A DNA stretch of 64,000 nt from Octopus vulgaris. Taxonomy: Eukaryota. The first letter of the stretch is position 1; every line of letters begins with the position of its first letter. Below, one piece after another: positions 1-13,179 of this stretch. Made by a program: the position numbers and the translations under genes. Location: contig OX597814.1 of assembly GCA_951406725.2 (NCBI GenBank), forward strand, positions 56,854,001 to 56,918,000. The letters run 5' to 3'. Below the pieces are notes generated by a model, which saw only the letters and a program-made list of their open reading frames with translations, did no database searches and was not told the origin of the DNA.

Positions 1-369
<369 letters not shown>

Positions 370-469
370 AGTATATCTTGTGTATGTACAAATAGATGTA
401 CAACTGCTACTGTAGACTTATAGCTTCACGTAAATTACTATCATTCCGTCTGCTTCCAGTATAGTGGTT

Positions 470-2030
470 ATAGCACTTTGTAACATTTTTTATAAGGAAG
501 TCCCAAACGAGGAGAGAAGCCACCTCTTTTAAGAGACTATGAAGGAGAAATTAAGTGAAAGGAATCAATTTACTTTAGACTTGATAGATCTCAAGTGATA
601 AGAAAGGGGAAAAGAATGAGATGGGTGGGAGTTCCAAAATTTAGCAGTTCGAGAAAAAAGCTACGATCGTTGTGGAAGCACAACGGCATTTGGATGAAGA
701 CGGTACGAAGTCAAATGGAAGTAAGAGTGAAAGTTCATCAGAACACTTTCTTTTGGCAATAGCGATAGAAAAGGTAAGACTGGCAACGTCACGCCGATAG
801 GGTTACAGAGTTGAAGCAAGAGAAGGACCAGTCAAATTAGAGACTCATTTCCGAACTCGGTCGAGAAAATCCAAGTGACAAGATTGTGCACCTGCGCAAT
901 AACTACAACAGTATTTCATACAAGGACGAATTGTGGACATGTAAAGACACAAAATGCCTTGGATGTGAGGTAGTCTTTTAACATACACATTGACCTAACC
1001 TTATAGGAAGCATACCTAGTAATTGACTGTACGTAAGAACCTCAAGAAAGATCAGGTAAGAAACTAAGATCAAACAGTTTCAAAGAAAACCTTTCCTCAA
1101 GTGGTCTAACTGTCTCACCAAGTAATACATCAGACCTATAGCTCATGCAAATGGGAGGAAGATAAAGATCCCTCTTCATATTGAAAGACATGAGTTTTGA
1201 TGTTGCCAGGGTCGAAAATTACTAGCTACTTTTCGCCCCGTTTATTAACTGTTTGCAAGTCCACCTCAAGTCTAGCAGCAAATTCCATCCGTTTTAAGGG
1301 AGAGGGATTGTCAGGAAAACCAGGAGAAAATGTAGTGTCATCAGCATAAATGTTGATGAATTGAAGAACATTGAAAGGAAGATGGTTGATGTGGAGAAGA
1401 ATGAGAGTTGGACCAAGAACAGAGCCTTGAGGAATACCAGCATTGATAGAATAATCAGAAGTAACATCCTCCAGAGTCACACGTACAAAACGACGAGAAA
1501 GGAATGACCGCATAACGCTAATGCTCTTTCCACGAAGCAGAGAACCTATGTAGCAGATCAGCATGCAAAACCCCACCAAAAAGAACGCCAAACCCAATCA
1601 AAAGCAGTCCAAACCCTATCAAGACCTTTTTTTAAATCATAAATCGGTCTGTAATAACAACAGTAGAACGAGAGCCAAGAAAGCTATACTGAACAACAAA
1701 GAATCCCAATCTTCCAAGAAACTCAACCGACCTGTTGTTAATGAGACGTTGAGAGACTTTGCTAGTAGTCGAGAGAAGACTAACGGGACGATATTTGTTT
1801 GGTTTAGAAGGCTCACCATCATTCTTAAAAATCGAGACAATATTAGCTGCTTTCCAGCATGGCAGAAAACAAGACTCAGAAAGACAAAGATTAGAAATAC
1901 ACTGTAAAGGTGCAAGCATAGTCTGATGGGTGAGAAACTAACTCTACAACTACGTGGTTCCAGCCGTGATGAATCCCACACTGGATAAGTGCTCATCAAT
2001 GCTTTGTAAGTGAAATTCGGTTGACAGAAG

Positions 2031-2112
<82 letters not shown>

Positions 2113-2123
2113 AGAAAAAGTGA

Positions 2124-2154
<31 letters not shown>

Positions 2155-2700
2155 TCTCAGGAGCACACTGTTTCAAGACAACCACAGGAATGTTGTCAGA
2201 ACTTGATACTTTAGATTGATCAAGTCCAGAGGTCATCTTAGCAACAAACTTTGGAGTATTACTACAGAATCAAGAACCTGTTCTGTACGAGAAGGAAACT
2301 CAAGAAGAAATGCACCCATATTCTTAAGGGTAGAGCTAGAAGATAACAAACGAGCAAAGAGGTCAGCTTTTTCTTCGGAAGACCTTGAACATGTGATACC
2401 ATCAAAAAGCGGGTGCACGAGAGACTTACCAGCATTGATAACATTATTGTAAATTTCCCCCAAATCACGGCTTCTAAGACTTTGTGAGTCGATGAATTCA
2501 TGATCCCTGCATGCATAATAAGATTTAGCACCAGCAATACAGGCAATGTTGGCTTTCCGGAAAGCGATCTGACATAATGCAACAAAGTGCTCCTCAATGA
2601 TCTGTTGTGGTTAAGCATTCAAATGCTTTTGGAACATCCAATGCAGAGTTCCAAACAACCACAATGTTGAAACGTACATGGGAACAAATGATATGAACTT
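470..2700 (-). mobile_element. Degenerate CR1/L2-like non-LTR retrotransposon (RT fragments), interrupted by a SINE and (GT)n/(GA)n at ~1905-2150
   Basis: ORF fragments WKAANIVSIFK..PNKYRPVSLLS (1632-1919) and GIPQGSVLGPTL..YADDTT (1226-1597), with frameshifts and stops. Confidence 0.85.
1905..2110 (+). mobile_element. Degenerate tRNA-derived SINE with (GT)n tail
   Basis: Degenerate tRNA-like head (GGTGCAAGCATAGTCTGATGGGTGAG..GGTTCCAG) followed by (GT)n. An inverted near-copy lies at ~2745-2892. Confidence 0.6.
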
Positions 2701-2744
2701 ATGTTTATCACAATTTCTTTCTCTCTTTCTACATCTCTTCCCCT

Positions 2745-2892
2745 CACACACAGACATGCATGTGCTTCTGTCAACCGAATTTCATTTACAAAGCATTGAT
2801 GAGCACTTATCCAGTGTTGGATTGATAACAGCTGGAACCACGTAGTTGTAAAGTTAGGTTCTCACCCATCAGACTATGCTTGCGCCTGTAGT
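2745..2892 (-). mobile_element. Inverted copy of the 1905-2035 SINE segment
   Basis: Reverse complement matches 1905-2035, including the ATAAGTGCTCATCAATGCTTTGTAA segment. Confidence 0.7.
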
Positions 2893-3249
2893 ATATTTAC
2901 AGTGTATTTATAACTGGAAACATCCCAACAAAATGTTAACATTAGAGGAATGTAAGAAAGGTCAGAACTCCCTTCATCTGACATTTTTGCAATGAACAAA
3001 TTAAACTGAGAATGAGATGGAATGGCATAATTATCAGTGTTCTGAGCAAATATATATTGTGGCGGATTTTAGTTTTTACAATCCGAATTCAAATACTGTT
3101 GGTATCTACCTTTCTATTCATCTTTCCATGATCGGTAAAATAATTTCAAGAGGAACGCAGAGGCCTAACTAGCGTGTAAGCTGACCGAGGCGATTTTTAA
3201 GTTTTCGCAGTGGTGAGTGACTACGAAAAGCATGAAACAGTAATAGTAG

Positions 3250-3410
3250 ATTTCATCGACTCAAGGATTTCACTGATACTTAATTTATCGACCACGAAAG
3301 GATGAAAGGCAAAGTTGACCTCGGCGGAATTTGAATTCAGAAAGCATCGTCGGGCCGAATACAAGTAAACATTTCGTCCAGTGTGCTAACGATTCTGTCA
3401 ATTCGCCGCC

Positions 3411-3412
<2 letters not shown>
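3250..3412 (-). mobile_element. tRNA-derived SINE (abundant family in this window)
   Basis: Reverse complement of AAGGCGGCGA..GGCAGAATCGTTAGCAC..CTGAGTTCAAATTCCGCCGAGGTCGACTTTGCCTTTCATCC, abutting (AAT)n. Confidence 0.85.
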
Positions 3413-3444
<32 letters not shown>

Positions 3445-3579
3445 TAATAATAATAATAATCCTTTCTACAACAGGCACAAGACTTGGATTTTGTGGGGAG
3501 GGGGACAGGCAATCATATCGAACCTAGTATTCAACTGGTAGTTAATTTATCTATCCTCGAAAGGATGAACGGCAAAATC

Positions 3580-3639
<60 letters not shown>

Positions 3640-4110
3640 TAACTGACCAACTGAACCTCACCTGTTACCTAATGAGAATCACGATCATGGTCCCCAACAC
3701 ACAAAAATGCGAAGGGAACAGGCCCAACTTATGGGTAGTGAGAGCTTTGCATTCTTGGTTGACAATCTTACTAGAGATGGTGTCTCAATAAAAATACCGG
3801 TTGGTGGCTAACTGACTGCACACCCGTGCCTGTAGAGCTTATCTCGAACCGGCAGCGCTCCCGGTTGCACTACTAGGCCAGGGATTTCTGGAAATTATCC
3901 ATAGTTCCCGGCCCGACAGGCCTTCGGAAGAGACCAGTCAGTCGATCTCCCACCGACGTTCAGGACACTTCCGAGTTTGTCGTCGCTCTTGCCTTCCAGT
4001 AATTCACTATAAAACTCCAACGGGAAACTTCCGCCGACCGTATTGCCCGACAGGCCGAGGGCTGTGAGCTCTTGGAGACACTCTAGGTGCCAAGCACCCC
4101 GCCTCAGTCT
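3640..4110 (-). mobile_element. Tx1-clade (L1 group) ORF2 C-terminal fragment
   Basis: Minus strand reads ELLEGKSDDKLGSVLNVG..PGTMDNFQKSLA, similar to the Tx1 copy at ~45950-46080. Flanked by (AAT)n. Confidence 0.6.
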
Positions 4111-4147
4111 ACGCCTCAGTCTACGTTAAGGAGACGAAACGCATTCG

Positions 4148-4370
4148 CCTATTTCTTTACTACCCACGAGGGGCTAAACACAGAGGAGACAAACAAGGAC
4201 AGACAAACGGATTAAGTCGATTATATCGACCCCAGTGCGTAACTGGTACTTAATTTATCGACTCCGAAAGGATGAAAGGCAAAGTTGATCTCGGCGGAAT
4301 TTGAACTCAGAACGTAATGGCCGACGAAATACGGCTACGCATTTCGCCTGGCGTGCTAACGATTTTGCCA
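4148..4370 (-). mobile_element. tRNA-derived SINE with full 3' tail
   Basis: Same family as 51899-52318, with tail CTATTTCTTTACTACCCAC..GGACAGAC on the + strand. Confidence 0.9.
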
Positions 4371-4374
4371 ATAA

Positions 4375-4816
4375 TAATTATGCTTTGTCTTGCTGTAAAA
4401 GATGGGCTACAACAAATATTCTTGTTTGTTTGTTGAGCATGTTCCTTGGTGGCTGATATGTGCCTCTCTGATCACGACAGGAGTAGAGGGAGAGCTTCAT
4501 AGCCATGTGTTAAAAGAAATTCTTTGGGGTTTGAATAAATCAACTCTGAAAACATGACTGTTTCGTCCACGTTCTTAAACAGCCCTTATTCGGAGACCTT
4601 TTGAGCGGGATGGGCTACTCGATCTGAAACTTTTAACTGGACCCCATTTGCAAGGTCATACTCTGCTTAGCTTAATATATTACCATACCACGCACATATG
4701 GTTGTGATGCACGCCCCTAGTATACACTTATCAGACGGGTAGACATGATAGGTATATTGAACTTCGTTTATTTGTATGCCAGTGTCACTTTGATGGCATG
4801 TGCCGCTCTCTCACTC
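4375..4816. mobile_element. Non-coding interspersed repeat associated with (AAT)n (same family as 43345-43844, ~9980-10165 and 50820-50990)
   Basis: Colinear similarity to 43410-43844, ending CTCTCTCACTC before AAT. Confidence 0.8.
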
Positions 4817-4829
4817 AATAATTATAACA

Positions 4830-5229
4830 ATTATCTCTATATTAACCACAAAGGTTTACATTAAGAACAATATTATCGACAGTACAGGACAAAACAAAGA
4901 ATGTGTGTGTGTGTGTGTATGTGTGTGAGCGTGTGTGTTGTGAAGCAAAACTAACAAAATAATAAAAAAAAGGAATCAACAATGAGTAATCCTCAATAGG
5001 GAGGAGACGTTCGAGGGCTGCTCATGGAAAAACCCCATAAAAAAACATGGCTACCCTGACTTTTGGGGCAGGTGATCTATTTTCCTTTCCTTTTTTCCAG
5101 CTACAGTCGTATGCTCAGGGCAGTCCCGTTAACTCGCACCGTTCTGGCCATTTTCACCCACCTTTCAGCAAACTGGCTAGAAGACAATACTTCCCCCTCT
5201 ACCCTTATTTTCCTTTTCAAGTGAAACTG

Positions 5230-5231
<2 letters not shown>
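4830..5231 (-). mobile_element. 3' end of a Tx1-clade element
   Basis: Colinear with 45233-45620. Minus strand reads FHLKRKIRVEGEVLSSSQFAERWVKMAR. Followed by (AAT)n at 5231-5280. Confidence 0.75.
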
Positions 5232-5309
<78 letters not shown>

Positions 5310-5319
<10 letters not shown>

Positions 5320-5690
5320 AAATCCGTTCTGTCTGCCTGTGTGTCCGTCCTCTAGGATCTCGGGCATCGTCCATCCGTTTGTGCTCAAATTTGATATGTA
5401 GATACCGACGGTATTAGGGCGTGTATAAGTCTGGAAAAAAATTACAAACGATTCCAGGTGAGAATGCGATCGATAAAGCCGTGGGAACGTGCATTTGTAC
5501 GCGCAAGTACATCAGCTGTTGCGATCGATACTACGCGTACGCGAGAAAAATGCACGGTGTCTCAAATTTAGGTTAAATCAGTGTTTCTCAAAGGGGAGGC
5601 CTATGGGACGGTCGGACAAGTTGTTTTGAGAAAATTTGGTTTAAATGTTTGACAACTCAGCACCGCCATTGGACGGGGGACGTTTTGCTC
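5310..5690 (+). mobile_element. Helitron-like non-autonomous element, 5' part
   Basis: TATATAAAA..CTGTCTG..CAAATTTG start resembles the element at 11704. Confidence 0.4.
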
Positions 5691-5695
5691 CTATT

Positions 5696-5733
<38 letters not shown>

Positions 5734-6977
5734 TGTGTGTGTATGTGTGTGTGTGTGTGTGTGTGTGTCTATGCTACCTCATAAATATACTGTCCTGGAA
5801 ATAGGATTTCTTGTTCTCTTTTAGCTACGCTAGGAAGGACTGTTAACTGCATCGATTTCCACGTTTGTGAGGATGACCTGCGAAAGCCATGGAAACAACC
5901 TTTTCCAGACACGCTCACAAAACCGCCAAGCACTGAGATCGATTTTATCCCACTGCATAAATATGTATGCATTGGTTTGAAGTGACAAACTTATTAATTA
6001 GCTTTTAGACGTGGAGCAGAGAGGGAGAAATGGTAACGAGTCGGAAGAAACAGCAATCCTCTATATTCTGAGTTCGTATTCTGTTGATGTTAACTTTGTT
6101 TTCTATTCCTCGATAAAGTGAATTTCAGTTGATTGAGTAAACCTGCAATCAAAGTCGTTCCACTCATGACCATCCCGTATTTTTAGGGTTATGCTAGATA
6201 ACCTAACTAATGTATTTTTTCCGAAGGCAGTGAAATGAAATTAGAGGGAAATTGGGCTACTCTTCCTAGCAACACATGTACCTATCTACAGGCTCGTTTA
6301 GCTAGCGATAAATACTAGTAATGTAACAAAATGAATTTGTTATTTTTTTCACATTTTCCGAGGAAGCCGCTCCCTCGAAAGAAATGAGGGATACATTGGG
6401 CAATGATACGCAAACAGAAGGAATGGTCACAGTTGGAATGCTTTTGGAGATAGCTTTGTTCAGTCAGGGCTGGCCTAGGATTACATATCTTTATAATTGT
6501 TTCTTTCTTTGTTTCTCTCTTTTCTCTTTTCCTTTTTTTTTTCTGTCGGTCTTATTGTTTATTTATATGTTTTTCATGTTTACTCCTACCCTCCTGTCAG
6601 TTCATCGCTCGGTCATGTAGTAGTACCTGTTGTCATAGGTATAGATAGTTATAAAATATATTACTGCTCTGACTGCGCTGCAAACATTACGCTTGCATTC
6701 CAGTTAATGCTGACCCAGAAACCTTGTCTGCTTAACATTAAATAGAGAGTGAATAAAAGTAGGAGAGTGAACCAGTGAGCGATGATGTCATGTGATCTGT
6801 CCAAATAGGATTAGAAGAAAAGTAAAGAAGGCAAAGGTAGGCGTCTTTTGAATTTAACACATAACAAAGACTTTTTTTCATTCAATTTGACTTGGTCAAG
6901 TGGCAATGTAGGTCAGCGAGGAAAACTTCATTGTTTGTTCTGAAAATAAACAATCTCATTACCATATTTCAACTCAG

Positions 6978-7057
<80 letters not shown>

Positions 7058-7775
7058 ATACCGATGGCGTGGATTTGTTTAAAGTGGATCTTAACTTGCC
7101 AGGAAGTGACCCAGAAACTTGGTTTCATGACCTTTTTCTGCGGCGCATATAGAATGAGACATATCAGATCCAGTTATGAAACTACAACGAACTGCCGCTG
7201 ACCCAGACGTTTGTAGCACGAAAACTCACCGATCGACCAGTGAATCCTTGGTCGGATTTTGTTTCTCATTCTCCTTATGAAAGTCAAAATCAAAATGAAG
7301 AATAGATGTCACTTATCAGTCGGAATCATTAGTCATACATTGCTCATACACTCGGTGAAAAGAAGGATAATGCAACTCACCATTCTTCTTTCTATGAATG
7401 TAACATGTCGAATCGTTGGCTCATTGAGCTTCTATCTTCCATGCAATAACTCAAAAAGAATTATTTCTACTATAGGCACAAAGCATTTAATTTTGAGGAG
7501 TGGGGCTAGTCAATTTCATCGATCCTAATGCGCAGCTGGTACTAATCTTATTGTTTCCGAAAGAGGAAAAGCAAAGTTGAGCTCAGCGGAATCTGAACTC
7601 AGAACATAAAGTCAGAAGAAATGTTGCTAAGCCTTTTCTCCGACGCACTAACGATTCTACCATCTTCCAGTCATCAGTATCTGAAAAATAATGATTTCAA
7701 ATTTAAGTAGATATTGGTAGGCACAATTTTTAGAAGAGGGAAGTCATCGCTACCATTGATCCCAGTAGTTTATTT

Positions 7776-8610
7776 GGATCTTTTCCTTTTGAACGGCACA
7801 TGTCAACACAATTTCTAGTTAACTAAACACTTTAAAACTTCGTATACTGGTAGAATGTGTCAAAATAAAACATTTTTTCTCTTGGCTTTCTTGAGAAAAT
7901 TGTAATTCGTTTGTTTAACGTAGTTTAATTTTTCAAATTTTAACCAATCAATTGCCTCTAATTGAGCTAAAATCACTTGCTGCGTCTAAAACTGAGACAA
8001 CATCCTGTCACTAACCCTAACCCTAACCATAACCCTAACCCTAACCCTAAATTTTAGCCTTTCGTATTTTTTTCTTAATTGTTAAATTAATTTAATTGTT
8101 ACGCGTGTGTCTAAAATTATTCGTTTTGTTTTTGTTTTGAGTTTTTGCTTTCGTTTTAGCCTTTCGTTATGTATACGTACTGAAAGCGTGTGTATAAAAT
8201 TATAGAATTATTTTGTTTGTTAATTGTTTAAATTATTTTCCATTGCTTTCATTTTAGCCTTTCGTTTTTTTTTTCTTAATTGTTATCCTTAAATTAATTT
8301 AACAATTAAGAAAAAAGAAACGAAAGGCTAAAATTTAGGGTTAGGGTGAGGGTGAGGGTTAGGGTTAGGGTTAGTGACAGGATGTTGTCTCAGTTTTAGA
8401 CGCAGCGAATGATTTTAGCTCAATTAGAGGCAATTGATTGGTTAAAATTCGAAAATTTAAACTACGTTAAACAAACGAATTACAATTTTCTCAAGAAAGC
8501 CAAGAGAAAAAAATGTTTTATTTTGACACATTCTACCAGTATACGAAGTTTTAAAGTGTTTAGTTGACTAGAAGTTGTGTTGGCATGTGCCGTTCAAACG
8601 GAAAAGATCC
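7776..8610. mobile_element. Foldback/MITE DNA transposon with ~320-bp TIRs, 8-bp TSD (GTTTATTT) and internal telomeric (TAACCC)n/(GGGTTA)n tracts
   Basis: Termini GGATCTTTTCC...GGAAAAGATCC; TSD at 7768-7775 and 8611-8618; arms ~7776-8094 and ~8289-8610. Inserted into a SINE. Confidence 0.92.
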
Positions 8611-9283
8611 GTTTATTTTATTGTCTCTGAAATGATGAGATGCAAAGTTGGCTTTAGCAGGATTTGAACTCAGAATCTAAAGAGCTGGAAAATGCCGCTA
8701 GGTATCGTTCGATGCTCCTAAAGTTTCTAGCAGCTCGTCGTTCCTAATGGGTTCTGATTTAGGTACAGGGCCAATATTTTTGAGGGGAAGAGATTAGCCG
8801 ATACCATTGATGCCTGTGATTGACTAGTGGTTTATTTTACCGATTATAGAAAGGATTTTAGTGAAAGTTGACATGGCAGAGTTTGAACGCACAACGGAAA
8901 GAGTCGGGGAAAAAAAAAAAGCTACTCGCCAAGCTTTTTGTCTAACTCTCACGATTCGGCCAGCAAATACTTTGAAAAAAAAGGTCATAATAAAAATATC
9001 TTGTAGCAAGTAAGTAAATCGAAATTCTCACACGAACAGAACATGTGAAATAGATTTTGTTGTTGGCACCATAACGGCGCCTAGCTTCCGATAGATGGAT
9101 ACACAAAAGTAAAGTTGAAAGGAAATCAAAGCTTTGTTTACTTTTCTATATAATGTCATTTATTAAAAAAATAGATTTGAATAGTAGGAATATCACATCG
9201 TGGAATGACAACTGTTGCACTAGATAAGACCTATGGCTACTTGAAGTTCTTTATATTCCCAGCAACCATCTTCTTCTTTTGCA

Positions 9284-9601
9284 AACAATCCTTTCACTAC
9301 TCTAGCATGCATTGAATATATGATGTTGGTTACTGTTTCGCACAACAGAGGCAAAAATGGTCACCTGAACAAGATTAACTGGTGCTAATTGTTTATAACT
9401 AAGTGGACTGGACTGCAGTAAGGAATATCAAATAATTTGGAACAATCCTTTCACTACTCTAGCATGCATTGAATATATGATGTTGGTTACTGTTTCGCAC
9501 AACAGAGGCAAAAATGGTCACCTGAACAAGATTAACTGGTGCTAATTGTTTATAACTAAGTGGACTGGACTGCAGTAAGGAATATCAAATAATTTGGAAC
9601 A
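9284..9601. repeat. 157-bp tandem duplication
   Basis: 9284-9440 matches 9441-9597 with no difference seen; AACA microhomology at the junctions. Confidence 0.95.
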
Positions 9602-10859
9602 TCTTTGCGTAAGAGTTCAGTCCCTTGCTAGACGAGTTCGAGAAATGAATTCACTTCCCAGCTGAAGTCATTTCACTCTCCTTGCACCTCTAAGAGCATT
9701 GGAAAAGAAGCCAGCGTCGAATTTTTCCGTGAAATATTAAGCTCATATTCTCCGTTAAAAAGGCATGCCATAACAGATTGTGAGGTCACGTACCATTACA
9801 CTGTGTAACAAAATTTTTATTCTTTTTTAACTTTAGTCAGTAAGTGTTATTTCCTATTTGCTTTTATCTAGAAATGTCTACTATTCCTTTCAAACTTTGC
9901 TTTCGTGACCTGGACACCAATGCTTTGAAACTGAACTATTTTCCATTACATTTAAGACATATTCAGCGCCGAGTTGCTGAAGCAGAAATATCATTATAGC
10001 AAAAGTTCTGCTCAGTACCACAAATTTGCTTGTCAGTTGCTTGACCTTAACCACTTCAGCATTTCCCTTAGTGGTTGACAATATGTGCATCTCTAATCAA
10101 GAGCAGAAGTAGTGGAGGAGCATCCTAGCCATGTGTTGAGAGGGATTCTTTGGGAGTCTGAATAACTGTAACAAAAGCAACGTTTGAAGGAAATATTAGC
10201 CATGTTTCATACTTTCTAGGGGTAAGCGTAAAGGAAATAACAGTTGCTACCAAAGGACAATATCTGACCGCCTATATTACGACCTTTGTACCTCTCTTTT
10301 CCTTACTTTACCATCACATCTATTCTCTGATCTTTGTTACTTGTGAATATACCCTAGCGCTTCACCATGTCTCTCCTGCTTCCTCTTACACTTGTGTTGT
10401 TTCTCTTCTCTCCCTTTCCTTTCCTTGCTCTTCTGTTTGGTTGGGTAGCCATGTATCTCCTCTACAGCAGCACACCTATTTCTGCCTTCATTCTTGATCA
10501 CTCTCTCTCTCTCCTCTTGGTTTTCCTCTGATTTGGTAACCAAATATCTCCTTTACATCAGCACACTTGTTTCTGTCCTCTTTCTTGTACCTCTCTCTCT
10601 CTCACTCTCTCTCTCTCTTTCTTCTTTCTTCTCTCACTCTCTCACTGGGTAACCATGTACCTCCTCTATAGTAAGACACCTATTTCTACCTCTCTTTCTC
10701 TAACACTCTACCTTTCATCATCTGATACCAGATCACCTCCTCTAATGCCCCCTCCGTTGTAGCAAGACACCTGTTTCTGCCTCTTTGTCACACTAACCTT
10801 TCATTCTCTGACACAAGTTCCCCTCCTCAAATGCCCCTGCCCCTCTCATAATTCCTTGT

Positions 10860-11175
10860 CTTGCGAGTTACTTGGTGACCCAGCCAGTGTTCGTGCCACA
10901 TTAAACGCATTCACTTTACTCTGTAAAGTGGTTGGCCTTTGGAAGGGCATCCAGTTGTAAAAAACATGCCAAAACTAACCTCGCCTGTGCTAGTACCACG
11001 TAAAAAGCACCGAGTCCACTCTGCAGAGTGGTTGGTGTTAGGAAGGGTATCCAGCTGTAAAAAACCATACTAAAAGAGACACAGCAGCCTAGGAAGTTTT
11101 CTACCTGGCTGACTCCTGTCAACCGTCGTACCCATGCATGCATGGAAGACGGACGTTAAACGAAGATGATGATGA
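10860..11175 (+). mobile_element. SINE-like repeat with internal duplicated unit and (GAT)n tail
   Basis: Two related GTGGTTGG..GGAAGGG(C/T)ATCCAG units; tail GGACGTTAAACGAAGATGATGATG resembles RTE-type ends. Confidence 0.55.
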
Positions 11176-11703
11176 CAGTATGATTGGAATATCCATGTTT
11201 ATTATCACAATTTTAAAATCTACTTGAAACCCATAAATTTAACTTACCTTTTAGCATGCTTTAAGAGCTTATTCGATTACTTGGATAGATAAAAAGAAAT
11301 GTTAATCCTCAAATAACTCCCAATTAGCTTATAAGTCCGATTATGTCGTCGAACCTGGCGCCTGATTGGTAAATTTGACTCCGATATTTGAGTTCAACAT
11401 ATCAAGGGGCGAAACTAAACGGTAAAATGCATGATTTCGATGTTCTACGTATTCAGTAGATCTATTTAAATATATGCAAATGATTTCTGACCATGGTACA
11501 AGGTTACCAATTTTTAAGAGACGGGTGGGTTCAATTACACATAAAATACTTATTTCCTCGACTATGATGATAAAAGTGAAGTTGACCCCCACTCTCGCAT
11601 GTTTTAAAGTTAGACACAAACTATAGAATTTTTTCTCCCAACTTAACAATCTTTCCAACAAGTGAATAATTTTTGCAAGCAATTTAATAATCTTTGCAAG
11701 CAA

Positions 11704-12967
11704 TCTCTCTATATATAAAACTGTCTGTCTGTCTGTCTGTCTGCGTGTTTCCCTAAAACTTGATAACTACGCAACCAATTTCATTCAAATTTCACACATG
11801 CCTTACTTAGGGTCCATGAAGTATCGTGGGCAAAAAGAAATGTTCAACTTCTTGCCTAGAGCGAGCCCACAGCAGTATCATATCTTCTCCACTATTTCAG
11901 TATTACGTGTTAAAAGTGAAACAAAAACATCTCTCTATTGTATGTATATGGATGTATATATATGTATATATATTACAAAATATAAAGTTATATCTTGAGA
12001 TCGCTAGTGACAACAACGCTCAAAATATATTACAGACTGGAACAGTAGTGCTCAAATGAGCTCTATACACTTTTTAATCCGAGGGGGGGGGGCAATGCGA
12101 GCAGCAACTACAAAAGCACTACAAAATCCACAGAAAGATCAAACATACATATATTCATATATTCATTTATATCTACAGAACAGGCATAAAGCCCGACGTT
12201 TAGAAATATATAGTAATATATAAATATATAAACATCATATAAAAATATATTGTATGCATAAGATCCACTCGACGCTCCATAAGAAATTTAGAAATAAAAA
12301 TTGCAATAAAATTTAGAGGTAATAATAACAATTGAATTAAATATAGAAAATATAGTAAGTAGTAATTGAATATATTTTATTTTATTAAAATGGTAATTAA
12401 ATCGTTATATAACAATTAAAAGAAAAATAGCAATTAGTATAAAATGTATCAAGGACTTGAACTCGAATATGTGGCTTTGCATGAATGGGAGAAATTAAAA
12501 GATGAAAAATTTAATTGAGTGCAGAAGTGAATTAGTCCAGATGGAGATGTGCTAATACCATTTACTATAGCTGCTAGATTGAATTATATGCTTATAAAGT
12601 AGCATTCAGTATCTAAGAGAATTTTTGGGAGTACGTAATGTCTGGTCTTTCGCATGTAGCAGGTATGTAATTGTGCATTTGTTTCCGTGTACTATGTGTT
12701 GTGTGTAAAAAAACATCCTGACGCGAGGAGTGTCAATTTTAAATATATGATATGCTTCATATCAATTGATGCATCTCCGAAACGGCCCGTAGATGAACTT
12801 TTATGTATTTTTGTAAATTTGTATATTTATCTTGTATGTATTTTTCTCTGGAATTTTAATTCGTCTTTTTAATATGTCATTGTATGTTTTATTACCCCAA
12901 TTTTTTAATTTAGCAAATTTATACCAAACTAGCACTATGACCCGGTAACGCCGGGTCATAATGCTAG
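11704..12967 (+). mobile_element. Non-autonomous Helitron
   Basis: 5' TC terminus (A|TCTCTCTATATATAAAA), 3' GC-rich hairpin TATGACCCGG-TAACG-CCGGGTCATA then CTAG|T. Inserted between A and T with no TSD. Confidence 0.8.
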
Positions 12968-13179
12968 TTTAATAATAAAAATTAGAAACATTTTAGATAT
13001 AGACTTTTATACAATTTATAAAACAAGGTAGTTATTGTTGAATAAAATTCTAAATTTGAAAAAAGTTCGAAATGCATTCGATCAAAGCATTCTAGGCTTA
13101 TATTGAAACTAAACTATTCTAAGTTTTAAAAAGTTCAAGAAAATAATTTTTTTTGTCTATTAGTCTATAGAAATAAATG

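Noticed and set aside
8011-8374. TTAGGG tracts as a chromosome-fusion scar
   Set aside because: Their orientation is opposite to an end-to-end fusion and they lie within TIRs bounded by a TSD.
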